The notes under the pieces: generated by a model
The model's input: only the letters and a program-made list of their open reading frames with translations
The model's database searches: none
What the model was told of the DNA's origin: nothing
Source of the DNA: Patescibacteria group bacterium
GTDB lineage: Bacteria > Patescibacteriota > Minisyncoccia > Phycocordibacterales > SBAW01
Assembly (NCBI GenBank): GCA_019752125.1
Contig: JAIEMM010000005.1
Span: 1-58,632, forward strand
Length of the DNA: 58,632 nt
Direction: 5' to 3'
Part shown: in pieces, positions 18,294-26,669 of the stretch
Numbering within the stretch: position 1 is the stretch's first letter
Layout of the letters: every line of letters starts with the position of its first letter
Position numbers and translations under genes: made by a program

Positions 18294-18313
18294 CTATTTA
18301 GTTATCTTCCCCT

Positions 18314-18341
18314 CCTTCGCTAAAGCTACGGACGGGCACGG
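18314..18341. repeat. REP/MITE-like motif CCTTCGCTAAAGCTACGGACGGG supplying the VKOR stop codon
   Basis: Imperfect hairpin overlapping the gene end; resembles a recurrent CPR repeat (recalled, not searched). Confidence 0.45.
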
Positions 18342-18739
18342 CAATGCCATACCGCAAGGACAAACAACAGGAGGCTTGTTGCAGCTGAGATGCCGCAGTA
18401 CAGGCAAAGTGCGCCGATCACAAAGAACTGGAAGAGTTCAAAGCCAATTGAGAATAGAAGGCCTATAGCTGTGTAGGTGAGCATTCCAAAACGAAGACCT
18501 TTTGATTCTGGATCTATAGCGAGCAATACTGCGAGAGCGAGCATATAGACGTAGTAGACAAGACCAATGTATGAAAGTGGTACGCCAAGTAACGACGAAT
18601 ATTGACTGTTGAGAACTATTTCACAACCGCCCACTGCACAGGTCGGGATAAGGCCAAGGAAGTGATAGTACGCAAGATATAGCGTGTCACCAATGCCGAT
18701 AAACGACGCAGCTATGAGCCAATATGGTGTGAGTTTCAT
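18326..18739 (-). CDS. Vitamin K epoxide reductase family protein
   Basis: C..GGCEIVLNSQYS, LGVPLSYIG, CLYC motif. Confidence 0.9.
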   Translation of the reverse strand: MKLTPYWLIAASFIGIGDTLYLAYYHFLGLIPTCAVGGCEIVLNSQYSSLLGVPLSYIGLVYYVYMLALAVLLAIDPESKGLRFGMLTYTAIGLLFSIGFELFQFFVIGALCLYCGISAATSLLLFVLAVWHCRARP

Positions 18740-19311
18740 TATTTAAATTCTACACTGTCCAGAAGCTCCTGGAAATCATGGCGCATTGGGTCATTTTGAT
18801 CCATCCACGACACGGCAAATAAGAATATTTTTCCATCATGTTCTACAGCAACAGCATCTGACTCATATAATCCACTGAAACGGTACGCCACTCCATCTTC
18901 CCCATCTATATTTTTTGGAGTAAATGTTTTGTCAGGAGAGAGGTTGAAATTAGAGATTGTTGCGTTGCGTACCCACTGCTCAAGATCAGGGCTGCCTGAA
19001 ACTGGAATCTCTATAACAGAAATTGCAGTTGGGCCCTCGCTCATATCAGGCACAGTTGTAGATGCGTTAATGAGTGTCAGTACATGGATTTCTGCACTCG
19101 CATATGAGTCGTGACGTACGGTAAGGGTGTAGGTTTTTGGATACAGGAACTCCAGTCCGACTTCTTGTGACGTATACGTCAGAGAATCTTTTTTATCTGG
19201 TGTTTGTAAAAAAGCAAACATCAATCCAAAAATAAGAAACCCTACCCAGATGAAGACGATGCCCGAGGCAATGCCGAGATAGATCCGTGATTTTAGTTTG
19301 GTTGGTTTCAT
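18739..19311 (-). CDS. Membrane-anchored hypothetical protein (PsbP-like fold possible)
   Basis: N-terminal TM, GLEFLYPKTY, C-terminal LLDSVEF. Confidence 0.6.
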   Translation of the reverse strand: MKPTKLKSRIYLGIASGIVFIWVGFLIFGLMFAFLQTPDKKDSLTYTSQEVGLEFLYPKTYTLTVRHDSYASAEIHVLTLINASTTVPDMSEGPTAISVIEIPVSGSPDLEQWVRNATISNFNLSPDKTFTPKNIDGEDGVAYRFSGLYESDAVAVEHDGKIFLFAVSWMDQNDPMRHDFQELLDSVEFK

Positions 19312-19847
19312 TTCAGTAAGTCTTTAAATTTCTGTTGCACTTTTTCAACCTTAGGGTCGATAACAAGCTGGCAATACCCTGCTGATTTATTGCGCTCGTA
19401 ATAATTTTTGTGATAATCCTCGGCTATATAAAAAGTGTCGAGTGGGCGGACCTGGGTAACTATAGGTTGAACGTGTCCCGCTTTGTTGATGACATCTATA
19501 TAGTGCTGAGCTTTTTCCTGTTGCCGAGGGGTTGTATAAAAAATTGCAGAATTGTATTGCGTACCAATGTCATTATCCTGTCGGTCTATTGTCGTTGCGT
19601 CATGCGTTGCAAAAAACACGCGCAGCAATTCTTCAAACGCAATCTCGTCTGGATTGTATACAATTTTAATAACTTCTATGTGTCCGGTTTTTCCACCGGA
19701 CACCTGTTCGTATGTTGGGTTGGCAACAGTACCACCGGCATACCCTGGCTCGACCGACTTCACTCCTTTGAGCATTTGAAAGACGGCCTCAGTGCACCAA
19801 AAACATCCGCCTCCAAACACTATTGTTTCAGTATCCACATCTTGCAT
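19308..19847 (-). CDS. msrA: Peptide methionine sulfoxide reductase A
   Basis: GGGCFWCTEA, GYAGG, AEDYHKNYY, GYC. Confidence 0.96.
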   Translation of the reverse strand: MQDVDTETIVFGGGCFWCTEAVFQMLKGVKSVEPGYAGGTVANPTYEQVSGGKTGHIEVIKIVYNPDEIAFEELLRVFFATHDATTIDRQDNDIGTQYNSAIFYTTPRQQEKAQHYIDVINKAGHVQPIVTQVRPLDTFYIAEDYHKNYYERNKSAGYCQLVIDPKVEKVQQKFKDLLK

Positions 19848-19874
19848 TTTACACCAAATATCTTATTATCGTTT

Positions 19875-19999
19875 TTCTGGAAGCCGTTTCGTCGTACTTT
19901 CACGTACTATGACGGACGGATGGACATGCGGACCTTGTAAGGCACCTCCCAGACCTACTACGTTGTTTGCGAACTGCACGTTCGAAACGGCTTCCAGAA
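19875..19999 (+). ncRNA. Structured RNA candidate, possibly 6S-like
   Basis: 17-bp perfect terminal inverted repeat, rod-like internal pairings, putative TTGCAT-16-TATTAT promoter, downstream terminator. Confidence 0.45.
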
Positions 20000-20006
20000 C
20001 TTATCG

Positions 20007-20040
20007 CGGCCGCGACTCTTTGAGTCCGGCCGTTTTTCTT
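20007..20040 (+). terminator. Intrinsic terminator
   Basis: CGGCCG-C-GACTC-TTT-GAGTC-CGGCCG-TTTTT. Confidence 0.7.
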
Positions 20041-20041
20041 T

Positions 20042-21184
20042 TTATTTTAAATATTTCTTCCCTTTAAGTTTCTCAGGCAAATAGCTTTCTTTATCGTAAA
20101 GTTTATAGCCTTTGTGGTAATCCATATCTTTCATAAGCTTAGTCGGAGCGTTTCTGATTTTGAGCGGCACAGGCAGGTTGCCATGCTTTTTTACATCAGC
20201 AAGAGCTTCAAAGTACGCATCGTAGCTTTTACGGCTCTTTTTAGATTCAGCCAGATACGCAACGCCGTGCGCCAAATTTATCTGAGCTTCGGGGTACCCT
20301 ATTTTTTGGCAGGCTTCAAAAACAGCATTCGCAACAACAAGCGCCGTTGGTTGCGCCAGCCCAATATCTTCACTGGCAAAGATAACCATGCGTCGTGCAA
20401 TAAAGAGCGGATCTTCTCCCGCATCAACCATACGCGCCAAGTAGTAGAGTGCAGCATCGCCTTGGCTTGCCCGCATAGATTTTATAAACGCCGAGATGGT
20501 GTTGTAGTGCTCTTCGCCCCTCTTGTCGTAGCGTAGATGTTTTGACTGAACAGTTTCTTTTAGTGTCTCAAGCGTAATTTTCCCATACAACTTCTGCGTG
20601 TTCTCCAATACCCCTATCGCCTGTCGTGCATCACCGGCAGCAAGCTGCACAAGCCAATCTTTCGCATCTTTAGGAACCTTGAGCTTCGTACTTTTGATGA
20701 TTTTTTCCATATCATCCTCTCCGTGTTCGTTCAGTACAAACACGCGGCAGCGGGACAAGAGCGCAGGAATAACTTCAAACGAGGGATTCTCTGTTGTCGC
20801 ACCGATGAATGTAATGTCGCCACGCTCTACAAAGGGCAAAAGAAAATCCTGTTGCGCTTTATTGAAGCGATGGATTTCATCAATAAACAGAATCTTTGGC
20901 TTTCCAGAAAAATTTATCTTGCCAGATTCAAGCACGCGCTTAATATCTTCCTTGCCGGAATCAACTGCAGAGAGTTCGAAAAACTCTGCATCAAGTGCGT
21001 TCGCGTAGATGCGCGCAAGTGTTGTTTTGCCGCTGCCTGGCGGCCCCCACAAAATAAAAGAGAAAAGATGCTTGCCTTCAATCGCTTCACGAAGTGGTTT
21101 TCCTTTACCAACCAAGTGTTCTTGGCCAAAGAAATCATCCAGGTTCTGGGGTCGTATTCTTGACGCCAAGGGCTCTTGCTGCAT
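20042..21184 (-). CDS. rarA: Replication-associated recombination protein A
   Basis: PLASRIRP, WGPPGSGKTT, IDEIHRFNKAQQD, GATTENPSF, ISAFIKSMR. Confidence 0.96.
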   Translation of the reverse strand: MQQEPLASRIRPQNLDDFFGQEHLVGKGKPLREAIEGKHLFSFILWGPPGSGKTTLARIYANALDAEFFELSAVDSGKEDIKRVLESGKINFSGKPKILFIDEIHRFNKAQQDFLLPFVERGDITFIGATTENPSFEVIPALLSRCRVFVLNEHGEDDMEKIIKSTKLKVPKDAKDWLVQLAAGDARQAIGVLENTQKLYGKITLETLKETVQSKHLRYDKRGEEHYNTISAFIKSMRASQGDAALYYLARMVDAGEDPLFIARRMVIFASEDIGLAQPTALVVANAVFEACQKIGYPEAQINLAHGVAYLAESKKSRKSYDAYFEALADVKKHGNLPVPLKIRNAPTKLMKDMDYHKGYKLYDKESYLPEKLKGKKYLK

Positions 21185-21237
21185 GTAGCTAGTATACATT
21201 TTGGGCTATAAAAACCCATTGTGATATAATTTCAAAC

Positions 21238-21714
21238 ATGAAAAAATTCCTTATCGGCGGCATCATAGTGGTTCTCTTGGGAGGGTATGCACTGTGGGCA
21301 GCATCACGTACATCACAGCCAACAACTGTTACGGGTAACCAGACCGGGTCAGTCTCAGCAACAACTACTCCTGGTACAGGTGTAGGCATCGGCGACACGT
21401 CAAAACCTGGCGATGTTACTCCTGCCCAGTACAAAGATGGCGCATATACTGGCAAGGTTGGCTCTGCGGCACCGTATGGCAACGTACAGGTACAAGTAAC
21501 CGTCGCAAGCGGCAAAATTACAAAGATCGATTTATTGCAAAAACCTCAAGGCCCAGGCGAAACAAATGAGATTGCAGCCCGCTCATTCCCTATCCTTGTG
21601 CAAGAAGCTATCACAACACAAAACTCGCACGTAAACATCGTTTCAGGTGCGACTCAAAATGTAGAAGGCTTCAACACCTCACTCTCTTCAGCGCTCCAGC
21701 AAGCACAGATCTAG
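21238..21714 (+). CDS. Extracytoplasmic FMN-binding (flavinylation substrate) protein
   Basis: N-terminal TM, YKDGAYTG, YGNVQVQVTV, IVSGAT flavinylation-type motif. Confidence 0.85.
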   Translation: MKKFLIGGIIVVLLGGYALWAASRTSQPTTVTGNQTGSVSATTTPGTGVGIGDTSKPGDVTPAQYKDGAYTGKVGSAAPYGNVQVQVTVASGKITKIDLLQKPQGPGETNEIAARSFPILVQEAITTQNSHVNIVSGATQNVEGFNTSLSSALQQAQI

Positions 21715-21718
21715 CCCA

Positions 21719-22573
21719 ATGAAAGAAACTCGATTGATCATGGGAATGCCCATCACAGTCGAGGTAGCGGAGCAAAAAAGCCCCGAAGCTTTTTGCGCAG
21801 ATGCGATGGAAGAGGTGTTTTCGTATTTTGTTTCAGTAGATGAGCGATTTAGTACTTATAAGGAAACTAGTGAGATTTCAAAAATTAATCAAAGCCTCCA
21901 CGAACAAGCTTCTTTCACAAAAGTCCTCGGGGGTCCTCGGTTTCCTTCGGAAACCTTGCGCCAGACTTTTGCTCAAGAACTTGTTCGCTTTGGTCTTAGC
22001 GAAGATATGCTAGAAGTTCTGGCTTTGGCAGAAAAAACTAAGAAAGAGACAGCTGGCTACTTTGATATTCACCTGCCTGCCCAGGCAGGAAAACCCGATG
22101 GCGGCATTGACCCATCAGGCATTGTAAAAGGCTGGGCAATTAAAAATGCTGCAGAACTTTTGAAAGAAAGAGGTGTAGAAAATTTTTACATAGAAGCGGG
22201 CGGTGATATCCAAACCAGCGGCATGAATGCAGAAGGAAATGAATGGAACGTGGGCATCCGCAACCCCTTCAACAAAAACGAAATAGTCAAAGTCATATAC
22301 CCACGCGGGCGCGGGGTTGCTACATCTGGCAGCTACGAACGCGGGAATCATATCTACAACCCTCTCGCCCCAGAAGAATCTTTACGCGAAGTTGTGAGCA
22401 TCACTGTCATAGGCCCAGACGTACTTGAAGCAGACAGGTTCGCAACCGCTGCATTTGCTATGGGGCAGAAAGGCGTTGAGTTCATTGAAACTTTGGGTGG
22501 TTTCGAGGCATACTCAATAGACAAGAACGGTATAGCGACTATGACTAGTAAGTTCCTGGAATTAACACAATGA
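21719..22573 (+). CDS. apbE: FAD:protein FMN transferase
   Basis: MGMPI, DPSGIVKGWA, EAGGDI, VATSGSYERGNHI, ADRFATA. Confidence 0.92.
   Translation: MKETRLIMGMPITVEVAEQKSPEAFCADAMEEVFSYFVSVDERFSTYKETSEISKINQSLHEQASFTKVLGGPRFPSETLRQTFAQELVRFGLSEDMLEVLALAEKTKKETAGYFDIHLPAQAGKPDGGIDPSGIVKGWAIKNAAELLKERGVENFYIEAGGDIQTSGMNAEGNEWNVGIRNPFNKNEIVKVIYPRGRGVATSGSYERGNHIYNPLAPEESLREVVSITVIGPDVLEADRFATAAFAMGQKGVEFIETLGGFEAYSIDKNGIATMTSKFLELTQ
21901..21987. repeat. In-frame 87-nt palindromic element (family A) in apbE
   Basis: CGAACAAG...CTTGTTCG arms; inner GGTTTCC-TTCG-GAAACC hairpin. Confidence 0.8.
22072..22089. repeat. Short palindrome CCTGCCTG-CC-CAGGCAGG inside apbE
   Basis: Encodes LPAQAG; related copy at 53287-53306. 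Confidence 0.65.
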
Positions 22574-24057
22574 ACATAAACATTCCCTTTGTGGATGCAT
22601 TTTTGAACCGCATTACGATGTACCGCCTTGTGCTGTGGCATCTTTTGTTTTTGATTGTCGTTGCTTTTGTATTGAGCTTCTTCAGTCTTTTCTCATTTAC
22701 TCCATGGGCACTGCTCTTCTCATTCTTTCTTATCATCGCTGCGTGCTGGGTAACCAATGAAGCGATCGCCTGGGTCTTTAAGGTTACACCAAACACTGAG
22801 TCGGTATATATTACGGCGTTTATTTTGACACTTATTTTAAACCCTGTTGCGTTTAGTAACTTCACCGGTGCACTGATGCTCGTTATTGCTAGCGTCGTAG
22901 CTATAGCTTCAAAATATGTACTCACGATTGATAAGAAGCATGTGTTCAACCCTGCAGCTATCGGAGTTGCAGTAACTGGCGTGGTATTTGGAACCTACGC
23001 AAGCTGGTGGGTAGGCGGCACGCTTTCCCTTCTTCCTTTTGTGTTTATCGGAGGCTTGCTTGTAGTACGAAAGGTGCAGCGCTTTGACCAGCTCTGGGTT
23101 TTCTCTGCAGTCGCGCTTGCTGGCGTGGCTATACATTTCTTGCCCCACAACCCCTTCAACTCTATCTGGCAAACAATTCTCCATTCTTCTCTTCTGTTCT
23201 TCGTAAGTATTATGCTGACGGAGCCCCTCACCTCTCCGATAACACGCATGCACCGCTTTATCTATGCTGGCATAGTCGCACTATTCTTTATACCGGAGGT
23301 TCATATAATGTCGTTCTATTTCTCTCCCGAAACTGCACTTCTCGTTGGCAACGTCTACGCCTATGTAGTTAGTCCAAAGGTTCGTCGAGTACTTACACTT
23401 AAAGAACGCAGCCAGATTGCTGAAGGCGTATATAATTTTGCGTTTACCGCAAACAAACCATTTTCATTTAAGCCGGGGCAGTACTTGGAATGGACATTGG
23501 GCCATACAAAACCGGACCAGCGCGGTAATAGACGCTACTTCACTATCGCCTCTTCTCCTACAGAAAAAGAAATCCATCTTGGTATAAAAACCTACGAACC
23601 TTCGAGTACGTTTAAGAAGGCTCTCCTTGCGCTTGAACCAGGCGACACTCTTTCAGTTGGACAGCTATCAGGCGAATTTATCTTGCCAAGAGATCCGGGC
23701 AGAAAAATTGCATTTATTGCCGGCGGTATCGGCATTACCCCATTCCGTTCGATGATTCAATATTTGGTAGATACTAACCAGAAACGCGACACTGTGTTGC
23801 TATATTCAACCAAAAAAGAAAATGAGTTGGCGTATAAAGAAGTCTTTACTGAAGCAGAAGAAAAAATTGGCCTCAAAACATACTACGACAATAGAATAAC
23901 GACAGAGGAACTCATTCGCGAAGTCCCTGACTACAAAGACCGCGTCTTCTATATCTCAGGACCCCGATCAATGGTCGTAGCATTCGAAAAGACACTCAAA
24001 GAACTCGGTGTTCATCGCCGCAATATCAAAATCGACTTCTTCCCTGGCTTTGCCTAA
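22570..24057 (+). CDS. RnfD/NqrB-like membrane domain fused to an FNR-type FAD/NAD-binding oxidoreductase
   Basis: SKY...KHVFNPAA and MLTEPLTSP in the TM region; FKPGQY, RRYFTIASSP, IAGGIGITPFRSM, YISGP. Confidence 0.85.
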   Translation: MNINIPFVDAFLNRITMYRLVLWHLLFLIVVAFVLSFFSLFSFTPWALLFSFFLIIAACWVTNEAIAWVFKVTPNTESVYITAFILTLILNPVAFSNFTGALMLVIASVVAIASKYVLTIDKKHVFNPAAIGVAVTGVVFGTYASWWVGGTLSLLPFVFIGGLLVVRKVQRFDQLWVFSAVALAGVAIHFLPHNPFNSIWQTILHSSLLFFVSIMLTEPLTSPITRMHRFIYAGIVALFFIPEVHIMSFYFSPETALLVGNVYAYVVSPKVRRVLTLKERSQIAEGVYNFAFTANKPFSFKPGQYLEWTLGHTKPDQRGNRRYFTIASSPTEKEIHLGIKTYEPSSTFKKALLALEPGDTLSVGQLSGEFILPRDPGRKIAFIAGGIGITPFRSMIQYLVDTNQKRDTVLLYSTKKENELAYKEVFTEAEEKIGLKTYYDNRITTEELIREVPDYKDRVFYISGPRSMVVAFEKTLKELGVHRRNIKIDFFPGFA

Positions 24058-24125
24058 ACATTTTTTGACTTTTTGAGTTTCGTATTGTATTTTTCTTCCT
24101 AGATCGCAACTCGAAAGGATCGCCG

Positions 24126-24473
24126 GTGAGAACCATTTTATCTCTGTGCGCTGTCCTATGGAGCCTGTCGCCCGCAGTAGCGCAAGCTCAAAGATTTCCT
24201 CAGCCTGAAACCACCATGGAACTGTCTAGGGATTGGATCTTCCGCTCAAGTTCAAGCAAGACCATCCTTAACTGCACGGTCTTGGCAGGAGGTACTCTAA
24301 AGGTGCTGGGGCGCGACAACGAGTACGTATACGTTCTCTATACTCCCCCACAAGGGCCACCTAGTCCGAACTGCAGCGAACTTCGGATCCTTTGGGATGA
24401 TATCGACTATCTCAAAGAGGCCGAACTTGAAAACCGGAAGTTGCGAAAACTTCTGGAAGGAACCTCCAAATAG
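24126..24473 (+). CDS. Hypothetical secreted protein (ORFan cassette)
   Basis: AAGGA RBS, signal peptide, terminator ~24474-24497. Confidence 0.55.
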   Translation: MRTILSLCAVLWSLSPAVAQAQRFPQPETTMELSRDWIFRSSSSKTILNCTVLAGGTLKVLGRDNEYVYVLYTPPQGPPSPNCSELRILWDDIDYLKEAELENRKLRKLLEGTSK

Positions 24474-24665
24474 CCGCCGACAAGGTGGCCTTTTTTATTA
24501 TCATTCCGTCGTGAACTCCAAATGCCAACGGGGCTTTAATTATTTTTGCAAAATTTATAGCGTCTGACATTTTCATCCGTGGCCTAATTTAGTGATCTTC
24601 ATATTGCCAGTATAACAAAAAGGTTTTATAGTGCCCGTGTCCTTTGTACCAACCCGGAGAGTTCG

Positions 24666-24926
24666 ATGAACTACCGAAAAGAGCTTGTGAGGCGAGGAAT
24701 ACCCGACCCTGAAGCTGGAGGTCGGCGAGTGCTGGGCTGGGTACTGATTGGCGCGATTGTGATGGCCGCAGTCCTGATCATCTACCCGCCGCGGTCAACC
24801 CGATGCTTCAACAGCATCGATGCGTTTTTGAAGGAATATCCGAACAGCAAACAGTGGTTCCAGAACGGGTTACGGACCGGCTGTCCGGACGAGGAGGTCT
24901 CCATAACCTTCCGTCGCTGGGGTTAA
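24666..24926 (+). CDS. Small single-TM hypothetical protein (ORFan cassette)
   Basis: GGAGA RBS, TTGCCA-17-TATAGT promoter, terminator CCTACATC-GAAA-GATGTAGG. Confidence 0.6.
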   Translation: MNYRKELVRRGIPDPEAGGRRVLGWVLIGAIVMAAVLIIYPPRSTRCFNSIDAFLKEYPNSKQWFQNGLRTGCPDEEVSITFRRWG

Positions 24927-24973
24927 TCTCAGCACCGAAACGTTGCCTACATCGAAAGATGTAGGTTTTCTTT

Positions 24974-26650
24974 TTATTTTCCCTTCGGAAGATCCAAGTG
25001 CGCCAAAGCGTCGCTGAAGGTAGAGCCGACTTTTTTGCCAGGGTTAAAGATGTTGTGTGGGTCAAAAATTTTCTTTACTTCCAAAAATAGGGCGTACATG
25101 TCGGCGCCGAACATCTTTTTAACGTACGGGGTACGGATAAAACCATCGTTGTGTTCCCCACTAATGGAGCCGTGATATTCGAGTACCAAGTCATACACTT
25201 TATGTGACAGTTCATCGATTATGCGCGCCGTGTCAGTGCGGGTTGGGTCAACAAGCGGAATGATATGAAAATTGCCATCGCCTACGTGGCCCGCAACAGT
25301 GTACATCATATTTTTTTCGTATGGCTTCAAAATAGCCTCGAGCTTTGGCAAAAACTCTGGAAGCGTACTGGGAGGAACTACGAAGTCATCGATAAATGGC
25401 GCCGTGCGCTTCCCACGAACTTTCTGGCGCAGCAGGTTAAAGCTCTCGCGGCGGATGGTCCAATATTTTCGCGCAGCCTTTTCGTTTTTCGCGACACGGG
25501 TACTTACTTTGGGATTGTTTTGCTTAATCTCCAATGCCAACTCCTCTGCTTTTTTAAGAGCTTCCTCTTGAGTATCCGCACGGAACTCGATCATAAGCAC
25601 CAGCTTCGGAACGCCTCCTGTTAAAATCATCCCGATCTCAGGCAAGAAAGAAATACCGAGCGAAATAATTCCCGCCTTCATCTGCGTCGCAAATTCTGGG
25701 AAATATTTTACTGCCAGTTTAAACGTATTGTCATCGTAGGACTCAAAGCTATCAGGTTTTTTCTCAAGCACTTCTGGAACAATTTTTCCAAGCTCAGAAA
25801 GAGAGTCTAGGAATGCGATGGTCATTGCAGCATACGGCTTTGGGTGTACGAGTTTAAATTTTATTTTTGTCACAATACCAAGTGTTCCCTGAGAGCCAAC
25901 CATAAGGCGCGCAAGGTTAAGAGAATTCTTACCATCGCCTATATCCCAGAGGGCATAGCCTGATGAATTTTTCTCAACAGTTGGCTTATTTTTGTCTATA
26001 ACATCCCAGTGGTCTCGCACTATGCGGGCAACACCGCGATATACGTCTCCTTCAAGCCCTGGTTCGCGTAATTTGAGCTGTAGAGGGTCGCCGCTGAGGT
26101 TTTTGAGCGTATGTACTTGTCCGTCTGCAAGCACCACATCAAGCTCTTCTACATACCGAGCAGTCTTTCCATACTTAAGATTCTTCTCCCCGCCTGAGTT
26201 ATTCGCGACCATTCCACCAACCGTGTTGATCTGTCGTGACGCAGTATAGCTTGGAAGTTCTAGATTCTTTTCTTGTGTCTTTTTATCAAAATCGCGGAAA
26301 TACATTCCCGGTTCAACGACAGCATATCCACCATCTGGTGAGTCATGGAGTTCAAGCAGCTTGTCGAAGTGTGTCGTCATATCGACAATGATCGATGTAT
26401 TGAGCGGCCCGCCCGACATATCAGTTCCTGCTGAGCGCGCAGTAATAGAAACCGTGCTGTCTGGGCTTATTTCTTTTTGGTGCACCGCATAGCGAACCGC
26501 AATGCCCAGATCTGTCGCATCTTTTGCTTTAAATACAGCACCAGGTTTTACAACAAAAAGGCTCGCGTCGCGAGAATACTTTTCAAGCGTCTGCGGAGAG
26601 TCTTCAACCTCACCACGCACAAGTTTCCGCAGGTCATCTCCAAGGGACAT
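24974..26650 (-). CDS. FAD-binding oxidoreductase (GlcD/D-lactate dehydrogenase family)
   Basis: AGTDMSGG, VGGMVANNSGG, GSQGTLGIVT, GHVGDGNFH, GEHNDG, FDPHNIFNPGK. Confidence 0.9.
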   Translation of the reverse strand: MSLGDDLRKLVRGEVEDSPQTLEKYSRDASLFVVKPGAVFKAKDATDLGIAVRYAVHQKEISPDSTVSITARSAGTDMSGGPLNTSIIVDMTTHFDKLLELHDSPDGGYAVVEPGMYFRDFDKKTQEKNLELPSYTASRQINTVGGMVANNSGGEKNLKYGKTARYVEELDVVLADGQVHTLKNLSGDPLQLKLREPGLEGDVYRGVARIVRDHWDVIDKNKPTVEKNSSGYALWDIGDGKNSLNLARLMVGSQGTLGIVTKIKFKLVHPKPYAAMTIAFLDSLSELGKIVPEVLEKKPDSFESYDDNTFKLAVKYFPEFATQMKAGIISLGISFLPEIGMILTGGVPKLVLMIEFRADTQEEALKKAEELALEIKQNNPKVSTRVAKNEKAARKYWTIRRESFNLLRQKVRGKRTAPFIDDFVVPPSTLPEFLPKLEAILKPYEKNMMYTVAGHVGDGNFHIIPLVDPTRTDTARIIDELSHKVYDLVLEYHGSISGEHNDGFIRTPYVKKMFGADMYALFLEVKKIFDPHNIFNPGKKVGSTFSDALAHLDLPKGK

Positions 26651-26669
26651 AAACCCTATTATACAGCTG

